From NCBI GenBank assembly GCA_964036045.1, contig OZ038379.1:67456001-67520000 (forward strand): a DNA stretch of 64,000 nucleotides, given 5' to 3'. This DNA comes from Eutreptiella sp. 'Long Island Sound 2002'. Its lineage: Eukaryota; Protista; Euglenida. The notes beneath the pieces were generated by a model. That model made no database searches, was not told the origin of the DNA, and was given only the letters and a program-made list of their open reading frames with translations. The position numbers and the translations under genes are program-made. Below, piece after piece: positions 11,867 to 24,061 of this stretch (the stretch's first letter is position 1; the number at the start of each line of letters is the position of its first letter).

Positions 11867-12985
11867 TTGGGGGGTACTCGCGTTCGGACCCCGAAGGCTG
11901 TGATTCGGGTGGCATTGAACAAAGGGAGGACATTGCCGCTGCTGCAACTGGTACTAGATTTGCGTCACAATATAAAGACTAGACGTAATGTTTGGCATGT
12001 GCGGGCCGCCTCGGGATCTAGTGGTCCACCAAGATGGTTGTTGGAAGCGCAAAGGCAAGTTTTCTCACTGTATAACATTGTGTGAGTGCGGACATATCCC
12101 TGTGCTGAGAGAGCCACTGAAGCCTCATATCGCCGTACAATGACCCAGTCCATCCACCGTAAGCTCGCAATGACAGGGGAATGCACTATCAATGCTCCTA
12201 CTATCTCGGCCCAGGCCAGTGTTCAAGCTTTATACCTTTGTGATTCATTTGAGAGATAGCAGATCACACTGTGGTTCGACATTTACCATCGCTACATCAA
12301 TGGGCTGGACCCCCATAGCCCTGATAAGACTTTGAATCTGACTGCTGTCGGTGTGTTGCACACTATTGAGTTGCTCCAGTACCACGGTCTGCCCGATCTG
12401 GATGCTGATGCACAACTTATACCCAGGGTTGTTGGCTACCTTGTGCGATGTGTTGGGTTGCTGTTGCAAAGAAGTACAATCCCAGATGGGCCTATTCTGC
12501 GGACCTAGGTTCGTGCACCTCTGGACTATGCTCGCAGTGCTATGGTATCCCTCAACTAGAGGCGCTTTTTGTTATCACACCTGAAATGCGGAACTCATGT
12601 TGAGTTATTGGAATTTGTCAGGGGGCTAGAATGCTTGCGGGTGAAGATAAGACGAACTGTGCCATTTCTGATTGACATGAAGATCTTTGACGCATTCCTG
12701 AAAATGTCGTTTGCAGCAAGCTATGCCCCATGGCACGTAGACCGGTTTCTGTTGGGACACCCGTTGCCTTATGGTGTCTGGTTCCCATATAGGTATTCGG
12801 TGGAAATAACCTATAAGGCATTTGCCCCTATCATTAAATTTCTTGAGCGGGGTTGGGACCTGAAGGCAAGAGCTGTGGTGCCCATAAAATCAAACTGCGT
12901 CACATGGAAAACACCATTGTTGGTTTGTTCCTCGCTAGAGGTGCTAACAAGGCCCGGCTTGATAGTACCACCCAGGTCCTTATGA
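11867..12985 (+). pseudogene. Degenerate ORF, possible DDE-type transposase of an unclassified family (DUF6589-like by recollection)
   Basis: One reading frame across 11867-12985, broken by TGA 12083 and TAG 12257, 12506 and 12557. Motifs are LWFDIYHR, LNLTAVGVLH, PFLIDMKI and YGVWFPYRY. The family call is from memory only. Confidence 0.35.
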
Positions 12986-13256
12986 GCAATCTTGCTGAGT
13001 TGTCTGATGCTCAAAGACTGGGTTTGAGATGCCGGTTAACCCTGAAGGCGTTGTTATATTCGTACTGTCCAGCACTTCCGGAGAACGGCGTGAGGGCTCA
13101 TTAGGGGGGGCACTCGCACCTAAAGAAATAGGCAGGCACAGAGCATAATACACACGTTACATAGCCCTCTAAGGGTGGGTAGCGCATTGTCGTATAGCCG
13201 GCGCTAGTGCACAGGAGGAAAACCGTGAAGGCCCAAATTGCCGACTCCCCCTACAA

Positions 13257-13949
13257 GTGTGGTGTACCGGACACACCAGCTGGTCTGACAGGATCTCCGG
13301 ACACGTTGGGCTGGGCGCAACTGAGGTGGCTTTTGAATTGGAACCTGAGCCGAAGGAGGTGATGCGCACGAGAATGAAGGACGTTGTTCCTAACGTTGTT
13401 GATAGTGCCATGGCTTTAGGGTTGAAGGCGAAGGGAGAGTGGGCCGTTGAATGGGTGAACAAGAGGGAGCGTCAAGCACGGGAGATTGCCGTGGGGCAAG
13501 AGGCAACCATTATTGGATCGCGATCACAAGTGGGTGAATTGCAAGGCCACTTTTAGGCGGCAGAAGAGATAGCAGGGCAAGCATTTGCAGCCAAGGCAGA
13601 GGCTGTTTTGCCACAGGAGGCTGCAGAGTGTGACAGGGCAGTCCGCATTCTCAACAGGAGGCATGCCCAGGGCAACAGTCCCAGCAAGTGATCCCCCTTG
13701 CCATCACCATCACCGTCATCATCACCATTTCCGGACCCGCCACATTTTACGTCTCCTCCTTCATCTACAGCTCCAGTTATAGCTGCATCACGATCTATGT
13801 CCCCCTCTCCATCCCCAACCCCATCACTATCAACACCTCCCGCTCCGTTCCTAGTGCCATCACCATCCACATCTCGCGTTCCGTCCCAAGCCCCATCACC
13901 AAGGCCATCCACATCTCTCGCAACATTCCTGGGTGCGCGATGCGTATAG
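13257..13949 (+). pseudogene. Degenerate ORF with Ser/Pro-rich tail upstream of copy D, probably the upstream ORF of that element
   Basis: ORFs 13257-13556 and 13698-13949 share a frame (TAG at 13554 and one TGA). The tail APSPRPSTSLAT resembles APTPSPSSASSLAT upstream of copy E (~4650-4720, minus strand). Both are near GTTCTAG/CTAGAAC clusters. Confidence 0.4.
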
Positions 13950-14249
13950 CCCTGTATCATCCGATGCATGAAGTGTGTACCAGGCCCAACTTCAGTAACA
14001 CGCTCGCTCACCCAATTTCGTTCTAGCGTAGAATGCTTCGCCCGGAAGATCCATCCTAGACTAAATCAATACTAGAACGACATCAGGTGAACCGAGAAAT
14101 TACATCTTCGTGGTTGTCTCATCGTGCATGCTTGCTATTGCCCGTAGAACATTGTGCCATGTTCCTGTCCTTGAGGCTTAGATATTTCATATTTCGTTGG
14201 AATGTGACATCCCTCCAATTCCCCCCTATTGTCTAAAGCACTACGGTAG

Positions 14250-15684
14250 TTGACTAGGGCTACTAGCCTCAAGGATGAGCGGGTGGGCCATTACTTGGCC
14301 ACGTGGGCGCTATCATGCCGCCTACCACAGCGGCGATTGAACAATGCCGTCCAAAATCTGAACACCGCCACCTCCGCCCTTAGTACCGGTGAGGCATGCA
14401 ACACCGCCGTTGAGGCATACACCGCCTCCCCCCCCCCCCCCAACCGCCATGTGTCAACTTGTGGTCCACTTGCCGGCCCCCAGGTCCTCGCATTGGACCC
14501 TCTCGGAGCTCTACATGTTCCGTAAGATGGAGTACCAATGCAACGTCCAATTGGCCCCTGCCCTCGGCCTTTTTGCACCCAGCGGGACTTCCAAGCCCGT
14601 TGGAAGGGATTCGTTGCCCCTGTGGAATTGGATGATCCTCTTGCCACGCTGTTGCTCAAGGCCATCAAGATCACATGCCCCTCTCCGCATGGGTCAAATA
14701 CATCCTCTCCGGCTGGGCTTGGTGAGGTCAATCAATTGCTCGTTCCCGTTGACATTCATCGGCTAGGGTGATGTGTACCCCGTGGACGGGGGCAATTGGA
14801 CCCACCTCACCGTTTGCTTGGCGAACTTGAACCGCTTGGCCCGCTCCCTTGCGGGCATTTGGGTGTTGAGCATGGTCAATTGTGATGACAAGGCCATGGA
14901 CACCCTTGGGATGTTGTGGAAGAGCAATTGGGTGGTCTTTCTCTCGCCTGGTGCCTCTCGCTCGTTCTTGTTTTGTTCTAGTTAGCCTCCGGCACCGCTC
15001 ACTAGAAGCTAGGCCAGGCTCAACAGCCAAACTAGAACGAAATGAACCACCCCGAATGTCTCGTGTTTAGGTCATTTAACAGATCATCCACATGGGCCTC
15101 GTCCAATGGGGGGCCTCCAAGGAGGAGGCAAAGGTGAATCCCCGGGAGATCGAGGGGAGATCAACCGTGGACAAGTAGGGTGATTGGGGTGTCCACATGC
15201 CGCAAAGTGGGCTGCATGTTCAATTAGGGGATATGGAACGCACAAGGGAAGACTTGGGAGAGCAGTGGTATCCCGCGGACCATGGAGGGTGCTGAGGCGC
15301 ACTACACGGCCTTCCTCCTGGGATGCCTTCTTTGTAAGCCGCTGGTTGCAGTATGCAACGGATTTTGAAAGTGTTGAGTGCCTAGGGCGTATTGTGCATT
15401 TTGCATTTGACGATGACCATGGGCCGCAAGTTTGGCGAGCTCGTTGACCGGGGCGCTAGGGGGGGTCAACGCTTCGCTTCGTCAAGACCTCCAACTCCTC
15501 TTTTTGGAGTGGCGTGCAAGTTGCGGCATTGACGGGCAAGCTTCCGCGGATGGGCTAGACACAGCCATTTTTTTTTAGGCATGGCTGGATGTTACTCGGT
15601 GCCTTGGCATTAGGCCGGGCCTCGCCAAGCACAAGGCCGTCACGAGCATGTGGGACCTGCCGTAGGCCCTCTACCATACATATC
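14250..15684 (+). pseudogene. Transib-like transposase copy D (exon 1, hairpin intron ~14932-15070, exon 2); continues at 19407-19470 after the hAT insertion
   Basis: Reads TRATSLKDERVGHYL..WKGFVAPVEL..TFIG*GDVYPVDGGNWTHLTVCLAN..WVLSMVNCDDKAMDTLGMLW | GDQPWTSRVIGV..CILHLTMTMGRKF..FF*AWLDV..ALYHTY. All blocks align with C and A. Confidence 0.75.
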
Positions 15685-16026
15685 ACAGGCTTCAGTGATG
15701 GATCTAATTTGGGCGCCACTCAGGGGGTGGGGGTTGGGGGGGGGGGGTAGTGAATTGTGACATGTCACAAAAAATACAATAGGCCATAGTGGGAAAACAG
15801 CTTTTCTGAAAATATTGTGACACCCAAAAGGCTCGGCGGTACTTCCTGAGGGTAGTGGTATTTCCTGAGGGCATGTGGGCAGGTTGCTGAATAGTTGTGT
15901 CTGTGCTTCTGACCTTGCTTCTGACCTTGCTGTTTTTTGTGACATTCATCCATCCATTGCATGCACAGCATAGAGATGAGACGCGGTGTCAGCTGACACT
16001 GTGTTCTTTGTAGGCTCTGAAGACTG

Positions 16027-18993
16027 ATGATTTGTCTGCTGCATCATTCCGACAGCCTTTGTCACAGTTCTGTCATGGGTCGAAAGAAAGTGGAATGTCG
16101 GTGTGATCCGCCGTGTGTTTCTGCCGCGGCATGTCGACAAAAAAGGAGCCGTGCAGCCCGTCGCGCCACAGCAATTGCTCTGGCTGTGGGCGCTGTGGGT
16201 GTTGCTCTGGTGGGTGTTGCTGCTGTTGTTGCGGGTGCAGCTGCTCTGGCCGCCGGGTCCAGACTGCGGACGCCTGTCAAGCGGCCTGCACCACCGACAC
16301 AAATGGCACCTCCTCGGAAAGCAACAAAACCGAGGAGGGTGTTTGAAACACTGCAGTCACCGGAACCACAGGCTCCTCCGACAGTGAAGGTGCAGGATGT
16401 TGCGTCTGCTGTGCTCTGGTTCAGCGGTCACAGTGCATTTGAGGGCGACGCACTTGCCACAGCGTGGAACACTGCCCAGAAGGCTGCGGCCGTGATGGTG
16501 AAGGAGTACCCACGTGCGGTCTGCGTGGAGCTGCATGACAGATATGTTGAACAGTCGAAAGCCAAGCCTCCTGTGAAGCCCCACCGAACCAGTGAGTTAA
16601 AGAAATTTTCAATCTTTTTGGGGAAGTCACTGGCACCAAAGCCGTCTGAAGGGACTGCGCGTGGATTTCTCGGTCCTGTGCCAAGCTTGCAAATGTTGTG
16701 TGCCAAAGCTGTGCTTCTTGAGGTTAAATTCACTGATGTGGTGCAGGCTGTGCTGCATTTTGCTGCCTGTGGTCTCAATGATGCTCGTGCAGCCGCTAAA
16801 GAGCTTCGTGCTGCACACAGCATCAGCCGGGTGCACTGCTTCTGTGCTGTGGCTCGCGTGCAAGCGCATTACGAGTTGCCGCCTGTTGTGGCAGCCTTGT
16901 TTCCAGAGATTGTTGGGCTGCAGAGCACAGCCAGAGCAGCAGCAGCAGCGGGATGTGACGCAGGGGCTCCTGTAAAGAATTGGCAGCGCAAGCAGGACAT
17001 TGGCAAGCTGCGCATCGCGGTGCATCTGTTGAAACACACCAGTCCTGACACTGACTTCGGTCCCCTAGTCGCCCTGCTACAGGACTGTGATTCGCCTGGT
17101 TTCCAATCTGTGTCCGGCACTAGCCGTAAGCACGCACAGCAGCTAATGAACCACGTTGTCTCCAGGGAAGTGTCCATCACAGCAACGGGATTGCTGGACA
17201 CGCCCATGTGGGGGTTGATAATAGACGGGGCGCATAAAAAGGCCATGCGGGGGGCCCCTGATATAGTCAAATGTCGCTTTATTGACATGTCAAATGGAAC
17301 AGTTCATTTGCGACACGTTGGTCTGATAACCCCGAGAACTGAAGATTTTTTTCAAGCGGACAGTCAAGTGTTCATAGAAAAGCCCCAAAGTGCAGACCGG
17401 CTGGCGGACCATTTGCAATACGCTTCGTCTGAGCCCGGTGATGTGACAGCTGTTCTGCGTAAATTAGTTGTTTGCTCTACAGATAGCGCTAGTGCAATGA
17501 CTGGTGTCAAAGCTGGATTCGGTGCTAAATTGAAGGCTTTGGGCACCGTTGCTTGCTGGCAATTTACCGATGTGGCCCATGAATGTGAATCCAGTCTGCG
17601 TACAGCTGTAGAGGGCCTGGCTTTTCACAGAGAGATTCCGACAGGGCTGCGCGACCTTAGCGCAATGATGCGCAAAAGTAACATTCTCGCCAAGCAGGTT
17701 GATGCTTTGATGTAGCAGGAAAACGAAAAATCGGCGAGTTGGCGAGGAAGGGTCGTACAACGGTGGGTTAAACCCACCCTTCGCTTCATCAAGGCTGTCC
17801 TATCCAATGCTGCAGCCACACACAAGGGCCTGAGCAAAAAATTGCGTGCACTGAAAAAAAAAATGACAGCCCCGAGGGTGAAACCAGGTTCCACGGCACA
17901 CAAAAAAAGGGAAACGGAGCATGAAAAACTGTCCGTCGTTGTCACCCTTCTTGCCTCCCTGAAATTCCACGTTTACACTGCAGTGTTGCAGGACGTGTTG
18001 ACATCCCTGTCGCAGCTTTCTCTTGAAGGACAACAACGAAATGCCTGTGCGGCACGAAATGCGAACGTGCTACGCACAGTGAAAGAAGAGCTGCGCGAAC
18101 TGCAGAAAAAACATGGTCCATATGAGAGGTGGTTGCGTCACAATTTAGTTGTGCGAAAAGAGGTCAAATAGGCTGTTTTGCATGGCTGGGTGTTGGACAG
18201 TAAGGGGGTCGGGGGCGCTGATGTGATGAAAACAATTTTGTTGACAAAGTTATTGCAACAGCTAGAGGAAAGGTTTCAGAATGAGGCATACTCCCAGCTG
18301 CAGGTTGCAGATTTCAGGACCTGGCAAACTGCAACGGTGCCGCAAGAGGAGGTCGACAAGGTGGTTGTATCAGAAAAAAAATGGGCGCTGGCCTGCCCCA
18401 ATTTGTATGGCGCCCACAAGCATTTTGGGCTGGCCAAAAAAAGGTACTTTGATCTTCCGCAGGCAGACAGGTCACAGATGAATGGTGTGGACGCTTTCAT
18501 GACGTTTTGGCAGGCACTGGTAGCCGCAGAAAGCCTGCCCATGTCGCTGAGGTTGTATGGTGCGGTTGTTCTCTTGGCCTCCCCATCATCGTGTGATGCG
18601 GAGAGGTCCATCTCAACCCTGAACCGAATCGTGATACCCCTGCGCAACCGAATGAGCTGGCCCATGGTTCGGTTGCATTTAATTGGAGCTGAGGATGTAA
18701 ATCCTGATGGGTACCCGTACGAGTTAGTGGCTCAGTCATGGGGTACCACAGCGCACCGGCGGCGGCGCTCTTCTCAAAATGTGAGGAAGCCTCGAAAGGA
18801 CAAAGGAAAAGAACGGACCAGGGAACGCGTTCTGCCAGAAACTGCAAAGTATGTTGATAACCTGGGACACGTTTCAGATTCACGCAGCTCCCTGTCCTCT
18901 TTTGGAAGCATTTCCACACATGCTTTTAGCGCAAGCGCCCTCACTGTTAGTGACGAGGAAAGTGGTACTGACAGTGACAGTGACAGTGAATGA
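16027..18993 (+). pseudogene. hAT transposase (ZNF862/KIAA1586-like) with two in-frame TAG stops
   Basis: ORFs 16027-17715, 17842-18171 and 18178-18993 are in one frame, separated only by TAG 17713 and TAG 18169. Motifs are LIIDG, STDSASAMTG, DVAHECE, QRWVK and the dimerisation motif SSCDAERSISTLNRIVIPLRNRM. The likely start is ATG 16075. Confidence 0.9.
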
Positions 18994-19187
18994 GAACCCT
19001 GTTGCACAGTCGCAGTGAATAAGAACCCTGGGAACGCGTTCTGCCAGAAACTGCAGAGTATGTTGATAACCTGGGACAGGTTTCGGATTCAGGCAGCTCC
19101 TGTCCTCTTTTGCCAGCGCAAGCGCCCTCACTGTCAGTGACAGTGAATCCGAACCCTGCTGCAGAGTGACAGTGAATAAGAACCCTG
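18820..19187 (+). repeat. Imperfect tandem duplication of the end of the hAT transposase gene
   Basis: GGGAACGCGTTCTGCCAGAAACTGCA..ATGTTGATAACCTGGGACA occurs at ~18820 and ~19030, each followed by GCGCAAGCGCCCTCACTGT and CAGTGAATAAGAACCCTG. Confidence 0.85.
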
Positions 19188-19497
19188 GTGGACTACCCAG
19201 AAACAAAAAAAAACCGTTTGTTGTTGCCTGTACCCACACACACATGCCTCTCTGGAAGGGTTGTCCTGCTTGCCTCTTGGTACCCTGCGTGGCTCAATCT
19301 GTGACCGGGTTTTTTTGTGACGCGTATTGTGACGCCTCGTCACAACAGGGGGGGGGGGGAGGGAGGGACACCCACCCCCCCAATTAGATCCATCACTGAC
19401 AGGCTTAATCCGTTGAAAACGTGCTGCAGTGGCAAAGTTTTCCCGCCGTGGGCGCACTATTCGTACTGCATCATGGTATCTACTGAGCCTTGAGCAG

Positions 19498-21035
19498 CAT
19501 CCCTAGGTACCTGTATGAAAAGTACTATTGTTCATAATTCATTTTTCGTATATGAACGATCCATATAGGAACCATGAATCATGAACAGTTTTTATGAACG
19601 CTTCTTTGTCCACAGATTTCATTATGTCTTATCCTTGCTCCGTTTTCACGGAGCTGAACATGATGCTTGTTCGGCTCAGTGGTGCCACCAGTCTTCCGGG
19701 CAGCAAGTGTTCCGACCTATTGACCCAATGGATGTCATTGCCCCCCCTCATCCGGGCCCGTTTTACGGAGGCAATGCACCACGCTTCCCTCCCAGCGGTC
19801 CACAAAACCAAGGTGCAGGCCATCCATACGTATGCGGAGGCCCTCTTTCCCGCACCCTATCTGATAGGGCTCCTTTCGGAGCTGGGTGCACCCCGGTCCG
19901 GCTTCCGGCCGTTGTATGAGTACATCACCCGCCGGGGCGACACCTACACCGCCCACACCGGGCTGCCCTTCCCACGGCCTATCCCCACACGGGACCAATT
20001 TTACGCAACGTGGAAGTCATTGACCGCTCCGCTTGCTTTGTTGCCCCCGGTGGAATGTGCCGACCCCCCATCGTCGCGTCGCTGCTAGCCCCTTTGGTGG
20101 TGGGCACCATACGTGCAATCTCGGCTAGCGGTGTGCCAGTCTATTGACTGGACCCGCCCCTTCACCTTTGTGGTGTGGGGTGATGGGTATTCTTGCGCTG
20201 GTGGCAGTTATTGGTGGGGCTATTGCACCATGGCGAAAAGGCGCGCACACCGGCCTTCCTATGGGTCATGGGCATGGCCGTCACCGGGGACAAGGATATG
20301 GTTGCCTTGGGCCAAATTTGGGCTCAGGTGCTGCAGGTTTGTAGTCTGCATTTTTCGTGTTCATGACGTGTTCATAACTCACGCGTTCATAATTCCAAAA
20401 GTGCCGTCATAAAACGCCATGCTACCGCTTTATGAACTATGAACCCGTTTTATGCACACAAATTATGAACACCTTTTATGAACACAGGTCCTGCAGTCAA
20501 TTATTCACTGCAAAAAAATTTACCGGTGCGACAGCTGGGTGCCGGTAGCGGTCCTCCTTGGTGGGGACGAGCTGTGGCTGTGGTGCCGCTGGGCATCAAC
20601 GTGGCACCCCACGTGGGGAGCAATTTCAACGAGGCCATGCGTAACAACACGGCCAAGTGTTGGAATGCCGGTGCTGCTCGGAGGACAACACAGTCAGATG
20701 CGAACAATCATCGTCGCTATCGGGTGACCCGCAAAAGTTTGGATGCTGCAAGATGCACCGGCGAGCCGCTGCTGGTCATAGCCAGAAATCGGGTATTTTT
20801 GTCCATTTTGCATTGTTGCATGGCCTTTGGCTGGCTGTTCGTGGCCTTCCTGGGGGCCCAGGTGGGAAATCATCCCGCTCACGTTGCATGGGAGGTATAG
20901 AAACTTCTGTGCCGCAACCGCTGTGGCGTGCGGTTGGGGGCGCACAACGCACCCCACAGGGAGGAGGCTCACAACCTGTTTTGGGCCTCGGAGGAGATTG
21001 TGCCGCTTGCATACGTTCAGGACGACCCCACGTAC
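19498..21035 (+). mobile_element. Transib/RAG1-like transposon copy C: 5' TIR, exon 1 (ATG 19624), intron 20337-20487, exon 2 truncated by the YR retrotransposon
   Basis: 5' TIR is CATCCCTAGGTACCTGTATGAAAAGTACTATTGTTCAT. Protein blocks are FVVWGDGYSCAGGS, LWVMGMAVTGDKDMVALGQIW, VLLGGDELW and ILHCCMAFG. 20515-21035 is colinear with 1-525. Confidence 0.8.
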
Positions 21036-21212
21036 AGGCGGCCGAGTGGGCAGTCGGGACGGACAGACCACCCCCACAATGGTTGGGCAGTGATACACGA
21101 AAATGGAGCACACCCCGGCACTGGTGCGGCAGCCGACGGCATCGGGAACGCTGCAGCGAGAGGCCCCGCTGATGAAGGAGAGGAAGTACAGCCGCACACA
21201 AGGGCACGCCGC

Positions 21213-22400
21213 TGCATCTTCGTCAACACAAGAATGAAAACCATACTGGTCCACCTGGAGGCGGAGCACACATCGGTGGACCATATACGAGACCAAGTGC
21301 ATGCACGAGAGGGAAACTTGGCAGAGCATCAACGTCTGATCTACGCCGGCAAGCAGTTGACCAGAGGAGAGCTCAGCTTGGAGGACTATGGGGTGAAGCA
21401 GTGCGGCACACTGCATGTGCCGGGCAGAATCAAACGAGTTATGCCACAGGACAGCGGAGGTGGCTCGTCCAGCAGCGAACGGCCGCGCTTGGCCTTCGAA
21501 AACTCCATGGATGTCGAGGTAGCAAGACTGGACCCTCTGTATGCACAGTGGAAAGTGTGGTTTGAAACATGCGCCCCAATCGCCATAGCTTTCCTCGCAC
21601 CGGAGGCCAAGGCAGGTGAGGCACTTGGGACCCGAAAGAGGGCAACACGCCAAAGGCTCACTGAAGCAGGAGTGCAAGAAATGCTGCACTGGGCGGCGCC
21701 GCGCAAACCAAACCACGAGGTACTGCTGGCGTCAGCAGCATACGGAAAAGCCAAGCCCTACAAGGTGGACGTGCTGCGGGGGCCGTGGGTCGCAGCGCCA
21801 AAACCAGCGCTACAGCAGCAACCGCAAGGGCAGCCACAGGGACAACCTCAAGCTGACCCAAAAGTGGAACCTGTAAAGAAGGAGAACATGGACTTAGAAG
21901 CGCAACTTGCCCAACTCCGCATGCCCAAGATCCTCCTCTGCTCGGTAGAACAACTTAAGGCCGTCAGCGACTGGGCAATGCAGGCCGCGATGGAACGCGA
22001 TTTGTTAGCCGCGCTACAAGCTTATGGGGCGGCACCAATGACGGGACCTGAAGATGCGGCCAAAGTAGGAGAAGTGCTGCGCGCAGCAGTCCGGACGACG
22101 TTGTACTTGACGGTGACCATATAGGCGCCGCCATAGGCCCCACAGGTAGTACCTGCGGCATCTACAGCCCACCAGCATGCAGTCCCAGTGTTCCAAGCGA
22201 GCCCCCAAGTACCACTCCAACAAATGGCGCGCACGCACCCTGGCCCACCAGGGGCTTGCCTCACGTGTGGAATGTTCGGACATTGGTTCCAAGATTGTGC
22301 CACAACGGCCCCCATTCCACCGCAGCTAACCACGCAAATGCTGTAGGCACAAGTCGCACAGTGGCCACAGGCGATGCAGGTACCACACGCCCACACAGCC
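21213..22400 (+). pseudogene. ORF1/gag-like: ubiquitin-like domain (21213-21440), Gln/Pro-rich region, CCHC zinc knuckle (~22257-22298)
   Basis: CIFVNTRMKTILV..QVHAREGNLAEHQRLIYAGKQL..LEDYGVKQCGTLHV resembles ubiquitin QIFVKT..KEGIPPDQQRLIFAGKQL..LSDYNIQKESTLHL. The same frame continues through TAG 22122 and 22134 to CLTCGMFGHWFQDC (CX2CX4HX4C). Confidence 0.8.
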
Positions 22401-22982
22401 CCGGCATCAGTGGCCTCAGCCCCCTCCCTCCTCTTGCACGGGGGGGTTCACACAGGTGGGGGCCGAGACCATTTACACGGCGCACACGACGGGGCGTCGG
22501 TATGATGCATCCGGGCCCCCGCCTTACCCGTGCAGCAAATGCCAAGGCAACCATTGGAGTTGGCAACCGTGCCTCGCACGGCAGGCAAGCATGCCACCCC
22601 AACAACAGCAGCAACCCCGACCCCAGCCCTAGCAGTATCACAGATGCACCGGGAGAGCCGGAGGGCACGGGACGATATCGGCGCCAACGACGGCACCACA
22701 CTTCAGTTGCGCTGTGTGGCCACATCCCTGGACACCTTCACTGCAGGCCATGTGGCGACCGAACCGGGTGGCAGTTACAGCCTGGGCAGAAGGCACCAAA
22801 CGCAACTGGCGCCGCGACTTACAGCGAGTTGGCAAGACGACACTCATGTACGCGGACCACGACGCCCCCTCGGTACTCACGAGACACCTTACCATTCTTG
22901 CGGCACAAGGTTGACAGTCCGGCACGCTCAGGGGTGTTGTATCCAGTGTCAGGATGTGTGAAATCTGGGCATCATCGACAAG

Positions 22983-23618
22983 ATGGTTACCCCACTCCAC
23001 TCGGCCATATGCAAAGCGGCTGATCGAGCTTACGCACACCCACCACCACGGAGCATCTGGGCAAACACACACACACTGCAGACCCTGGAAGCACGCACCT
23101 CTGGACCATATGGCACGACAATTGTCGCACTGGCATGTTTGGGAAGCACCCTGTGCTGGCGCGTCAGTCAAGCTGCACGAGTACGACCAGGGGAGCTTGC
23201 AACACCTTGGCCAGTGGCTTTCTATGACCAAAACACCCAACGCCGGTGGGTCACCGAGCGTCTCGGTCACTAGGGCGAAGCATGGAGACACCGCCTTTAC
23301 GCCATTGTTCAACACAAGCCGGGATGGATCCCACTATTGGCCTCGACCACAGAACTCCAACATGCCCTGGGGGTCGCACTCATGGACACAGTATGGCACT
23401 TAGGAGCCTGGCATGCATTCCGCAAGCTGGGGACAGCAGCGCTGGCTGCCAAGGGGGCAACCTTGGCGGTTACAGCCCGCTGGGGGAGTTGGAAATCTGA
23501 ACGCCAAGCGGCAGAATACGCGACGCCCCCAATCCACTGGGACTGGGAAATCCCTAATTTGTGGCCATGGCCAGCGCCCGACGGTGGAGCCATATTGCGC
23601 GTGACATCCAGCATGTAA
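22983..23618 (+). pseudogene. Tyrosine recombinase (frameshifted)
   Basis: LGSTLCWRVSQAARVRPGEL carries the first Arg. WHAFRKLGTAALAAKGA..RWGSWKSERQAAEYA carries HxxR, W and the catalytic Tyr. Confidence 0.8.
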
Positions 23619-24061
23619 ATCTAGCCAATGGCAGCCCTGGGTGATGAGGCGTCCGCGAGAGCGACAGAAACGGCACCCATACTAATCGTCATATCCGACT
23701 CCAGCAACGACACTGATGACAGGGTATTGGGGCCCTTTGTACAGGCTGATGGAGTACACACTAGGCAACGCCACTTCCAACAACCGCGAACCAGTACGAG
23801 AGCTCCTGGTGAGACGCGCAACCCCGCAAAACCAGCGCCGAACAATGCACGTCCGGGTGCGCACCAGGTGCGCCCTCCGCCGAAGACCACCAGCAGACCA
23901 ACGCAAGTGCCAGGGGCGGCAGTCCGTCGAGGATCCACCGCTAGAGGTGTGCCCGCCGGGGGAGCGGGCAAACTGCGGCAAGTGCGGAGACGCAGTGCTA
24001 GCACACATGTAGGTAGGCCGGTAAAATCTCTTCCCGGCTCCGTGTATGCGAACGCACGGTA

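Larger units (their letters stand above)
15693..19398 (+). mobile_element. Full-length hAT DNA transposon
   Basis: Perfect 17-bp TIRs CAGTGATGGATCTAATT (15693-15709 and 19382-19398) and a perfect 8-bp TSD ACAGGCTT (15685-15692 and 19399-19406). Confidence 0.95.

Noticed and set aside
16027-18993. Stop-codon reassignment (TAG=Gln) making the hAT transposase intact
   Set aside because: Elsewhere TAG falls in both Gln and Trp columns, and the same elements carry frameshifts. Mutational decay explains this more simply.
20928-21212. ORF-track start of the 398-aa ORF as a genuine N-terminus
   Set aside because: The first ~35 codons are exon 2 of Transib-like copy C. The ORF is a chance read-through across an insertion junction.
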